NCBI GenBank assembly: GCA_021613535.1
Contig: CP075497.1
Span: forward strand, 5,890,001-5,954,000
Length of the DNA stretch: 64,000 nt
Direction of reading: 5' to 3'
Source of the DNA: Adineta vaga
Lineage: Eukaryota; Animalia; Rotifera
A program made the translations under genes and the position numbers. The notes beneath the pieces were generated by a model. That model saw nothing but the letters and a program-made list of their open reading frames with translations, made no database searches and had not been told where the DNA came from. The stretch's first letter is position 1. Each line of letters starts with the position of its first letter. Below, in pieces: positions 13,622-25,244 of the stretch.

Positions 13622-14095
13622 ATGATAAAATTTTTGTTTATCGCCACATTTTTCGGTATGTTCTCAAATCTTTTCAAATCAACAGAAATCATTTATATTC
13701 TATCTTTATTTAGTTCTACTGAACTATGCTACTTCGTTCGACTGTTATGATTGTCAAAATTGTCAAATACCATTTAATAATCAAGCAAATACGGCCACAT
13801 GTACTACTGGAGTAAATCAATGTATAGTAAGTTTCGATGATGATATATTAGATTTATATAGAATTATTTGTTTTTATAGAAAATCACTGCAAAATTAGGT
13901 ACAGTTTATACATATGTTGCTAAACAATGTGGACCATGTTTGAATGAAACATTTTTATTTGGTGTAACTTATTTAAAAGTAGATTGTTGTTATGGATCAA
14001 CTTGTAATGGAACGACTACGTTATCAATATCGAAATTTTCAATCATTCTTTTTCTTGCTTTTTTATACATTTTAAATGTAAAATTGAATAAATAA
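13622..14095 (+). CDS. Ly6/uPAR three-finger protein, probably GPI-anchored (3 exons; absent from the ORF track)
   Basis: Spliced product MIKFLFIATFFVLLNYATSFDCYDCQNC...TCTTGVNQCIKIT...QCGPC...VDCCYGSTCNGTTTLSISKFSIILFLAFLYILNVKLNK*. It has a signal peptide, 10 Cys, a CCxxxxCN end motif and a hydrophobic tail. Confidence 0.88.
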
Positions 14096-14133
14096 ACGAA
14101 TAAGTAACTAAGGAATCATGCTTTTTAATTTAT

Positions 14134-14892
14134 ATGAAAAAAATCAATGCCGCTTGGATCATTCTTATTGGATTTTGTTGTCTTATTGTTATCGGTGAAG
14201 TTTTCTATCTAATCTATAGATTTTATATTAACTATATTTACAAAGGAAAACGAGCTTGGCATGAAATAACATCTCTATCAACGACGAAATCGGAAAAGAT
14301 AGATAGAAATGATTCAATTTCTCTGACACCAAGAGCATCGATAATACCACTCATTCAAGAATATCTTCCACATCATGTAAAAAAACAACCAAAACAAAGA
14401 AAAATGATAACTAAACTTCAATTTTCTGATCCACCTTTGAATGATAAAAATCTTAAATTAGAATGGGATGAAATGAATACAAAAAGTATTCATTATTTGA
14501 TCTTCTAAAAATTTATTCGATTCGATAATCTTCTAGGTCTATTTTCATTACAAATGCCATCTACTCAAACATTATTTTATACAATGACCGATCAATGTGA
14601 TTGTCAAGAATCTATACCAGATGAATCATCACGTAGCAAATTTTATTCAATTACATCTTCTGATGAACTTCTCACACCACCTTCATCTATCGAACAATTA
14701 TTATCTTTAGAAAATACTTCACATAAACAATTGTCCTTACGAACTCTTCTAAATCCATTAATCAATCTATCGAAACAATTGCTTACTAATGACAAATCTT
14801 CTGTAAAAAGCAATCTTTCTTCAAATCATACAATACTTGATATGGAACCAATGGAAATAATAAATATGACAAATGATGTTTTACAACCGTAA
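14134..14892 (+). CDS. Single-pass membrane protein of unknown function (2 exons)
   Basis: N-terminal hydrophobic helix. Intron 14486-14536 (gt..ag) joins the 14134 and 14554 ORFs in frame; Ser-rich tail. Confidence 0.65.
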
Positions 14893-15403
14893 GAATCTAT
14901 ATTTTTGTACATCATCCATTTCTCACGATATCTAATAAATGACTATTAAACGAAAATATCATTCTAATGCTTACAAATGAACAATGAAAAACAAATATAT
15001 ATTTTTAGTACGATCATCGTCGAAAATAAAAAGATCTTTTCAGCATTTTAATTCATTAGTTAGATTAACTTATGTCGTCCATTCTTGGACTAATATTCTA
15101 CATTTAACTATCTTTTTTCGCTTGTAATCTTTCTCTCTATAATGAAAAAATTGAAATATTTTCAAAATAAAAGATTACGATCTAGAGTAACAAACGGTAT
15201 AAACGAGTGCATATTTATTTTCGTTTACGAATCATATGAAACGAAAACGAATCTGTGACGTAATGTGTACATCATATAAAGCATCGAATAAAATAAGAAG
15301 AAACAAAAAAAATAACCTTCGACACGTTTCTTCTTCACTATCAACACGTATATACATTTTAACTTAAACTAAGAAATATATCTTTTCAATTATTCGAACA
15401 ACT

Positions 15404-16573
15404 ATGAATCAATCTTTATTGAATAGACTTTTATTACATTCATTTAAAAATTATCAAACACTCTTCAATGAATTAACATTTCATAATCATAATGCTCATC
15501 ATTTGGGTTCAATTTATTATATGGGTGCTTCCGACAGTAAACTAGAAAAAGCCTATGAAACTATGTGTAAAGAACTGGATCCATATGAAATATCACCAGA
15601 AAAGATAACTCTTTCTAATTGGCGAAACTTTCTTGGAAATAAACATTTTTGCAAAAGTTATGCTGATTTTTTTTATGAACAATTAACAACAAATGGAAAT
15701 AATTGGCAAAAGAAATTCAATGAATTTTTATTAGATAATAAACAACAACCATTAATTAATGGCGCTATTAGTGGAGTAGCACATCCGCTTATTCATATTG
15801 GTTATGCATATGAATTAAATAATGAAATTGTCGGTGCCGAAGCATTAACAATGGCAGCTGTTTGTTATAATTATCTTCATGAAATTGTAGATCAATTACA
15901 ACCACCCAATTCACCTTCGAAAACTACATTAGAAATCTTGCATGATGTTCGTTCGGATACTCATCTACCAATTTATGATAAACCTGGCGTAGGTAATCTT
16001 GAAAAGACAGTGAAAAATTGCCATGATCTTATTTTATCACATTATAATCAATGGAAAATAAACAAGGAAGATATTGATAAAACAATCGAAGAATTATTTG
16101 ATTTATCCGTCTATATTTATGGTGCAACACATAAATCTGATCAAATTGAATTTGATTTCTTTTTACTTCATTTATTAACATCAATGCATGCTATTCGCAT
16201 GATTCGTCCACATATTGATGATTTACAAATCTTACAACATATACTTTTTCAATATTTCTATTTTACTCTTGCTATTTATATCTCACAAGTACGACCGGAA
16301 ATTAATGAAAAACTCATTTGTGATTATAGTATTGATAATTCAACAAAGAATTGGAATTATGTTATCGATCGATCATTGAATACGGAATTAATTGATGATG
16401 CTCATCTTGTTAAAACAATCCGAGCATTACGAGATGCAGAACAAGTTTATGGAAATAAGAATGATTTTTATTTGAAAACTGCAGTTAAAACAGTCGATAA
16501 TATGAATTTAGAAAATCTTTGGGTTGGAGGACCAGATAATTCTCGACAATTGAATATACTTAAAAGTTCATAA
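15404..16573 (+). CDS. Questin oxidase-like / DUF4243 (AflY/HypA-type) oxidoreductase, intronless, HGT candidate
   Basis: 389-aa ORF with FHNHNAHHLGS, GVAHPLIHIGYAYE, EALTMAA, DFFLLHLLTSMHA and DAHLVKTIRAL His-rich motifs typical of this family. Confidence 0.85.
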   Translation: MNQSLLNRLLLHSFKNYQTLFNELTFHNHNAHHLGSIYYMGASDSKLEKAYETMCKELDPYEISPEKITLSNWRNFLGNKHFCKSYADFFYEQLTTNGNNWQKKFNEFLLDNKQQPLINGAISGVAHPLIHIGYAYELNNEIVGAEALTMAAVCYNYLHEIVDQLQPPNSPSKTTLEILHDVRSDTHLPIYDKPGVGNLEKTVKNCHDLILSHYNQWKINKEDIDKTIEELFDLSVYIYGATHKSDQIEFDFFLLHLLTSMHAIRMIRPHIDDLQILQHILFQYFYFTLAIYISQVRPEINEKLICDYSIDNSTKNWNYVIDRSLNTELIDDAHLVKTIRALRDAEQVYGNKNDFYLKTAVKTVDNMNLENLWVGGPDNSRQLNILKSS

Positions 16574-17197
16574 ATTGTTTACTTTGAAGATTCAAGTGAA
16601 TAAACAAAAGAAAAATCATATTCATATTTTTTCATCTGATGTAATTTGACGAAGTGTTCACATTGATAACTTAAAAAAGTTCTTTTAAATTTTGTTTTAA
16701 ATAAATATCATCAGAAGCCAATAAACCTTTCATTTATTTACAATGATTTTCTTCTCGAACTAAATTCTTACGACTGATTTATAATCAGATCTTAATTGAT
16801 AAACTGAAGTCTATCATAGACATTTTTTCTTAACTTTTCGTACAGGTGATTATGATAGGTTTTTTTTTTGTAATATTTATAGAACGAAATGAAATACATT
16901 ATGAAATCAAACTATTCATTGTTTACATTTGAGGAGCATTTTTTGTTTTTGTTTTATTTTCACCATTACCATGCCTCTCGTTGTTCATTCATAGTGAATA
17001 TGTCTTCACGAATAGAACAAAAGAGACCAGTTACAATTTCATTGCCATTTCTTTCAGCGTCTTTCGTTTTCTTTTTTCGTTTAATGTTGATTTAAAACTT
17101 TCTTTTGTTGCATTCACGACAACCATCACTGTTTTTTTAACTAAATGCCAACGTCACATACTTTGATTTCACTGTTCTTCATCTTTTCTCAATAGCA

Positions 17198-20132
17198 ATG
17201 GCTGCAGCAACTTATCCAACACATCCGGACAATGCATATGCTGGCTTTGATGTACAAGGAGATCCTTACAATACAAATAATCCTGGTATGATACTGTTAT
17301 TCGATAGTTTTCTTTAGTTATTTTCTCGTTATTTTGTAGGTACCTATGATTCTGGTTTTGGAGCAATAGCTTCAAACGAATACGAATACCCACCCGATGC
17401 TTATAATAATGATTATCATGTTGATCAACATCAGCAACAGCAACAACAACAACCTTATTACTCGAATGACTATCAACAAGTTCCATATTCAAATGAAGAT
17501 TATACTACACAACAACCTCAACATAACCCATTGAATACATACGATCAACAACAGCAAGCTGTGCTACCAAATGCATACGGCCAACAACCTCAGAATGGTC
17601 ATGCAAATTCATATCCACAACAACAAACTCAAAATCATCCTTCAAATACATATGGTCAACAATCTCAGAACATCCCTTCGAATGCATACTCTCAACAACA
17701 TCCAAACGTTCCATCGAATATACATGGACAACAACCTCCAAATATTTATCCAAATTCACATACTCATCAACCACCAGTCAATAATCAGCAGCAACAACAA
17801 CATCAACAGCAACCTTTTTACCCAAATGACTATGAGCAATCTCCACATTCAAATAGTGGATATCATACACAACCAGTTCCGAATGTTCCTCTAAATACGT
17901 ATGCACAACCACAACCACAACCACCAATAAATAATCAACAAACTTATTATCCAAATCAATTTGAACAGTCTCCGTACGATAATAACGATTCTCTCTCACA
18001 ACAGCCTCCAAATCCATATGCACAACAACAACAATTTAATGGCTATCCAAATCCACAAGTACCTAGAATTCATCAGAGACCGATGCTCAATAATAATAAT
18101 AACGATGATTTCAATAATATGAATTCAATGCAACCTGCCTATAATCAGAATATGGACAATCAACATCCTGAATCAAGAAACTATCAAAAGGTATATCAGT
18201 TCAGATCTATACTCTTACCAGAAAATGTTTCTTTTTCATTTTTTTACAAATATGCAACTTTATTCAATTAGACATTTGTGGCAACAACACAACGACATCC
18301 GACATCTCCAGTTGATCATCAATATCATCCATCTGAAAATCAAACAAATAATCGTCCACCTAAACAAGAACAACAACGACATTATCCAACATCACCATCA
18401 CCTGCTGACTCTAATCATCAAATTTCAAAACCTCGTATATCTGTTGCTTCTATTCACCGTTCTTCAGTATCAAATAATAATGAGAATTATCAATTTGAAC
18501 CAATTGTTAAATCAAACAACACTCGACAAGAAACAAAAATTTTAAAACCAAATGGTTCACGAGATCAAATGACAAAGAAAAAAGATAATATTCGTGGAGA
18601 TAAATCGAAAGATCAAAATAAACCTGATGCAAAAAAATCAAAACTGAGCAATGTAAGTTCGCAAACTGAAGGACCAAGTGATTTGGAGAAAATGAAACGG
18701 AATCAGAAGCCAACAACAAGTAAAAACCATCGAGACAATGATTCACGTAGTGATGATGAACGACACGATCGAGATAAAACAAATCGAAATAAAAAACAAT
18801 CACATTCGCAATCAAAATCACAGAAAAGTCGTCGTGATCATTATCGTTCTGACGATGATTATAGTAGTGATGATGATGATGATGAAGGATGTCGACGATG
18901 TCGTTCACGAAAAACAACAACATATTCTGATACAAATCTTAATAGACATTCTCGTCTGCCTCCACTTCGTCGTCTAGGAAAATCATCTCATTATGATTCT
19001 CGTCAAGATCAACGATTACCTTCGAAACATACATCGCAAAGACGATTTTCACAATTTGATGAGTCTTTATCATTTGGATTACAATCTACTCGACGTGATC
19101 GTCATCAAATGACGAGAAATGCGAGTAATCATCGTGATACGCGCGATTTATCTCACGATCGTAATCGAATATCAAAACGAAAACAGGTAGAACAAAAACG
19201 TAGTACAACTAGACATGATAACGAACGTCGAGATGGCCATAAAAGTCATCGATCTCAATTAGGTCCGCTTAAAAGTACTCGAAATGATCATACGCATCGA
19301 AGACATCGTGGTACATGTGATAAATGTGGAAGATCATCACCGGAATCAGATGAGCATTCTTCAATCTTAGATGGAAGAGGCCGTATTAGACCAAACGAAA
19401 TACCTTTCTCACATCCACCAGTCCGATCAGGTTTGATTCTTTATCTTTCACTGATTTTATTAAAATTCTCTTTCTTTCTCTAGATACTTATGTAGAAACT
19501 GAACGAATACGTGCAGTCCGTGATGCTCAAGGTTATTATATTCCATATAAACCATATACTCTTAAAGATTATAATGTATTAAAGAAAAATTTTAAAGTTA
19601 ATCCATATTCTCAGCGAAACGAATCTCCAGTTGATCGAGTAAAGATATTATTACGTCTATTCATACTTCAAATCAATCAATCCATTCTGTTCTATTTTTA
19701 TTTAGAAAGAACTTCTAAAAAAAGGTCAAGAATATGGAACTTTCATCGAAAAGCAAGTCATCGATAGTTCTGATTCACGACCTGCTTTTTCAAAAGAGAA
19801 TCTACCCGTCAGACCTTGGCATGGTGGTATTAGCGTGTTACCAGATCCCGAAGATGCAGCTAAACGAGAACGAGTAGAGTCGATCCATTGATAAACTTTT
19901 GAATTAACAAAGCAATTCTTTGAATTTATTCTAGGCTATTGGATATGCTAAAATACAAGTGAGAAAATATCAGGAAACAGGCACAGCAAGAAGTCGTTCT
20001 CATAAATCCGATCGTGATCATTATGGTCACAACACTTTGCCAAGAATGAATGGTAATGAATCACATTTACGTATTTGCAGTATTTGCAATGGTATATGTA
20101 CAAAACCAAAGCAAAATCTTCGTCACACCTGA
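17198..20132 (+). CDS. Low-complexity Q/N/P/Y-rich then R/S/H/D-rich protein, possibly Jhy-like (multi-exon)
   Basis: ATG at 17198 after an acceptor-like tctcaatag. Large exons match ORFs 17531-18271 and 18278-19483; C-terminal exons read YIPYKPYTLKDYNVLK, KGQEYG and ALGYAK; stop at 20130-20132. The Jhy call is weak. Confidence 0.7.
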
Positions 20133-20671
20133 TATAAATGACTTATCCATTTGATTTTTATTGCTGAATATACATTTCGCTTTGATTTTTTGTTACAAAA
20201 TCCATTAATTTGATTAAAACTCTTTCTTTTGTTTATATATAGAATGGATCGACCAAACTAATCAAGTGCCCAATGATGATGATGATGACTAGTGTGAACG
20301 TGATCAGTTCTTTTTCTTTCTTCTTCTTTTTTTTATAACATATATATATATATTGTTAAAAGAGCATGAGATTGAACAGAATAAAAAACGAAGGTCTCTA
20401 GCATACAAAAAAATCAATGAATATACGTTGATTAAACCGTCTTCACAATTGATTTTTTTACCCCGGACATCATATCATAATCAATTTCTCAGTTGGATCA
20501 TTTCCGATCTCTTTTTTCCGTATCGATACATTTATAATCAGAGAACGGAAAAAAAGTTCCACTTGAATTAGATTGAGTAGTAGTGAGTAGAAAGAGAATG
20601 GGTAACCACATCGCCTTTTTTTTTATTCTTTTACAATAACTAATATTCATCGTAAGCCGTAGTTGTATACA

Positions 20672-21598
20672 ATGGCGTGGAAATTATGGATTATCAATGT
20701 TTGTTTAATACTAAATTGGATTCAAATCGTATCAATGACTAAAAAGAATAAAAATACGCGTGGATGTTTTGCAGAATTGAGATGTGGCGGTAAGATGAAA
20801 CGAATCATTTTTCAATGAATAAAATCCGTATATTTTTCGCTTCTATACGTATAGAAAGATCGGAAAATCTTTCAATTGCTGTTCAAGGTTTACCAGGTTT
20901 AATGGGAGTACAAGGACCCACAGGTAAATTTTAACTCCAGAAATACTATTTAATAAATGTCGCTTTTTAAGGTTTACCGGGACCCATGGGTTTACCAGGT
21001 TTAACAGGACCACCTGGTATGATCTATTTTTTGTTTTTCTTCTTTTCGTTTTATTATGACGATTACTTTTAGGACGTGATGGTTTTGTTGAACGTCCTCC
21101 TTCATTCTATGCAGAATTACGACGTTTATTCATTACAAAAAATACTGATAGTACACTTGCACCATGGACAATAAGTGAAACTGCCAATGCACCCGATATA
21201 TTGAATTATTTTTCTCCAGAAACTGGAATATTTACTGTGCCTATGGATGGTCTGTATCAATTCTTTTTAACAATTTCTGTTTCCAAAGCTAAAGTAAACA
21301 AAATATTAACAACAATTGGATTTAATAATAATTTTTTTTTCCTAATATGAAGGCATCGGTATTTATTTCTCGAAATGGAAAACGTGCATGTACTGTTTGG
21401 ATAGAATCAGTTGCTTCAATACAGAATGAAACACTAGCATGGGGTTGGGCAAGTGGTTCAATTGATTGTCTGTTACATTGTCATACAGGTGATCAAATAT
21501 CAACTGTTGCGTCTTATCGTCCAAATGAAAATTTCAATTCACAAGTTTACGGTTATTCATATTCAACATTTTCGGGCTATATGTTATTCAACAGTTAG
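20672..21598 (+). CDS. Secreted short-collagen / C1q-domain protein (C1qTNF-like, multi-exon)
   Basis: Signal peptide, Gly-X-Y run GLPGLMGVQGPTGLPGPMGLPGLTGPPGRDG, and C1q motifs FSPETGIFTVPMDGLYQF and YSTFSGYMLF. Confidence 0.88.
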
Positions 21599-21687
21599 AA
21601 TATTTTATTATGTATAAATAAAACTTCACCAAGAAAAGACTGAAAGAAAAAGAACCTTTTGTCTTTGTTTTTTCTTCTTCTACTCTT

Positions 21688-22691
21688 CTAATCTTTTAAA
21701 TATGGAATTATATTATCAATAAACCATTGATCACTAAATCGTAAATGATCAGTGTCTAATTCAATAAATTTAATACGTGATTGTTGATCCATAACTTTCA
21801 AACCTAATAGATCTTTTAGATATAATTCACTTTCTCGTAATGGCACTATTTTTGATATATCATTTTCAGCATAAAAACCAAAATGTTCACTTTCATGAGG
21901 ATATACCATTGTATCGCGTAAGAATTTTACCAAAACGAAATTACGAATCTTCAATAAATTTGTTCTATATTCTTCATTGAATGTTCGTTCTTGATTAATA
22001 TCAGCAAGAAAGACACTTACTTTACGATATAATGCCTCTTGATGAGCTAAATTATATATTATTATTGAGAAATAATTCTACTATTTAAAAAACAACTAAT
22101 ACATACGATCTTGCCAATATTGTGCTTGAACAAGATGTTTTTGTACGAATGATTCATAGACACCAAAACGTAATAAGTCGCGAATAAAATTACAGATAGT
22201 TATATTATCTCCGGGACATCGTGGAAATCCAAAAACGCCTTGATGTTGACCACCTATTGAAATCAAATTCAGCATTGGTGGATTAGGACAACGCTGAGCA
22301 ATAGCACGAAGAAATTGTCCACCTTGTGAAAAACTAACAAATGAATAAAAATTTCAAAAATTGTAAATCTTTCAATATTTCATTACCCAACTGCGTGATA
22401 ACCATTAGTTAGATTTTTGTCAGCTTTCAATAATTGACAAGCATAATCAATTTGATGATTAACATTCATAAAAAATCCATTTGCTGTATCTTCTTCAACA
22501 TTAGAACCAATTCGAACAGAATGAATGTATGGACTTGGTGTAATTTCTTTTTCAATCAATTTTATTATTGTTCCAAGACTCAAAGGATTACAACAACTAT
22601 CACCCATACCATGCCATAAAACAACTGGTGGTGAACCAGATGCGATAAAACCATGGCTAAGACAAAAAATAATACTGACAACGAACAACAT
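21688..22691 (-). CDS. PPT1: Palmitoyl-protein thioesterase 1 (3 exons)
   Basis: [28 protein letters not shown] split by an intron, [41 protein letters not shown]. Confidence 0.95.
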
Positions 22692-22929
22692 TGAAATGAA
22701 GGTTTGTTGTTTTTTTATCGAAATGTTTATCTACTTCGGAAGATATCTGATATGAAACAAAAATGACTCAATATTCTCAAACAACACCTGCAAAAAAAAA
22801 GTCTATGTGTTTGAGTATTAAATCTAAATGGTTAGAATGTCAAACATTTTATTCAAGTTGACAATTTCACATACAGTAGCAACAACAGTTTTTTTTAATT
22901 ATTTATACAAGTGCATAATGATCAAAACT

Positions 22930-24291
22930 TTAATCTCGACGACGTTTTTCTTTTCCACGGTCGCGATCTCGATCTTTTTTCTCTCGATGTTCATGACGAC
23001 TTGAATGCTTCTTGCGATTTTCACGTGAACGGGAACGTGATCTTGATTTTGATCGACTTCTTGATCGGCTAAAACAAATAAATAGAATATATAAAAGAAT
23101 ATCATTCTTTCTTCTTACTGTCTTTTCTTTGAACCTTTTTCTCGTGGTGATGGTGATCGAGCATAACGTGGTGATGGCGATCTTTCAGGTTTATCATAAT
23201 CTTTCCATTTTTTCTTTGGTTTATCCGATGTTTCTTGTTTCTTTTGTGTTTTCTTTTCTTCTTCTTTTTCATCAGCACCATCATCACTGGACTCATTATC
23301 ATCAATATCTTCATCAAGAACAGATTGACGAGGTTCTAGTTGATTATTTTCTTCAAGAACGTTTCGTTTTTGTAAACGCGGTAATTGAACATCTAATACA
23401 CGTTCTTCACGTAACAATTCATCGATAAATTCATCCATATGAACTAATTCATATTCTACAAAACAAAATCAATAAAATATCAAAAGAAAACAAAGATGTC
23501 TTACTATCATTTCGATTCAATCGTTTCATTTTACGAAAATCATTATAGAGTGGTTCTAGATATTTATAAATTTCCACTGAAGTTCCCGCTAATCGCATAT
23601 AGAAGGCACCGAGTGCGCGAACATATCTAAATAAAAATAAAAAATTGTCTATAAAGCTTCAATTGTAAGTAGAAAAGATTATATGAAGAATTGAGTATTA
23701 TTTTCTGCTTTTACAACCTTGTTATCTTGTCTTGAAAAGCGAGATGTTTTTGCTTAGTTATATCAATGATTGAAATATCCTATCTATTTCCTAAATAACC
23801 TTGGACAATGATCAGATTACAAATAACTTCTATTCTTTAATATCTAATATCTCAATACTTCGATCATATATCAAACATAGTTCTTTTATAATCAAGAAGT
23901 GTCTTTATTCTATGTGATATGGATTCGTAAAGAAGACTTACTTGAATTCTTCGTTTTTGATAAATTCGACAATAATATCTTTTTCTGGACAAATTTGTAA
24001 CATTTTCAAAATTAAACATAGAAATGGTGATGGTCGAATATTTCCACCGGATACTCCACCAATATATTTCAATTCTACTGCTTTATCAACCACTAATTCC
24101 GCTAGAAAATTCAACGAAAATATAACATTGTTTCAAATTAAATTATAAGAGATTTCCTTACCTGTCAAAGCAAAACAATCTTCCTTCCAATATCGACAAT
24201 CATAGATTCGAGATCGGATAATTTTTTCAATTAAATATTGTGGATTTGTACCTTTAATTGTTGGTGCTTCCTTAACCGTTCGATTCGCCAT
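22930..24291 (-). CDS. PRPF38A: Pre-mRNA splicing factor 38A (multi-exon)
   Basis: MANRTVKEAPTIKGTNPQYLIEKIIRSRIY, PSPFLCLILKMLQI, YVRALGAFYMRL, HMDEFIDELLREERV and an RS-rich tail. Confidence 0.95.
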
Positions 24292-25244
24292 GTCTAATCA
24301 AGTGAAATTTTCAAAGAAAAAGAGAAAAGCGACGAATTAGTTTAGAATTCTTAAGTAAGAAAGAAAGAAAATTACCTCGCTATCTTATTAGACAATACAC
24401 ATCCACCAATGAAATCATTTTCTTCAGATGGAAGCAGTATCATTGTTAATAAATAAAATCAAATTTCATTCATTCGAAATTTTTTTTTCTTACATCGACT
24501 CTTGTTTATCGTCAATAGTATGTTTAAACAAAGCACAGTTTTCATCTCTATCAGATCGATTGAGAATTATTCTAATAAAGATCTATTCGATAATTCAATT
24601 CTTGTGAGTATTTTTTTGACATATGTCACCTGAATCTGTTGTTTTTTTAAATGGCGATGAGGAGAAAAAAACGTTAACAAAGGTTTTGTCTAAATGTCAT
24701 TAATACTCTTGAATTTTCGCTGTGTGTGTGTGTTTGATCTTTGTTTAAATGTAGATACAATAAGCTCTCGCCTTCTCTTTCCTGGTGTCGTCTAATCTTG
24801 ATTTGACAAGACAATATCGCCGCTGGTCATAATGAGACACGCGTGAACAAAAATTGTTCATTGTAATTGATTTTTTCTCTCTTTGAACAGTAACATTGAA
24901 CATACATTCTATTGAAATTTTTGTGTCTACCATCATTATTGCTACTTTCTTTTTCTTTTTTTTCCTGCTCTCCTGGTGCCATACTCTTTAATAGTTTTGA
25001 GGACCATTGGGATAGAATCGTTTCTTTTTTTCTTCGTTATAAAGCATTTAAATGACGACGAACCACATTGTGCGTTGGGTGTCAATGTTCGATTCCTTTT
25101 TTTACATTCTAGATTATATATATATATATATAAATAAAAAGTGACACGCTTTTCTCTAACTATTGAACACACACCATTGAGAATAAATCGTGACAAACAA
25201 GAAAAATGGTTGTATTTTTTTAGTAACAGTAATGAACGTTGCTC

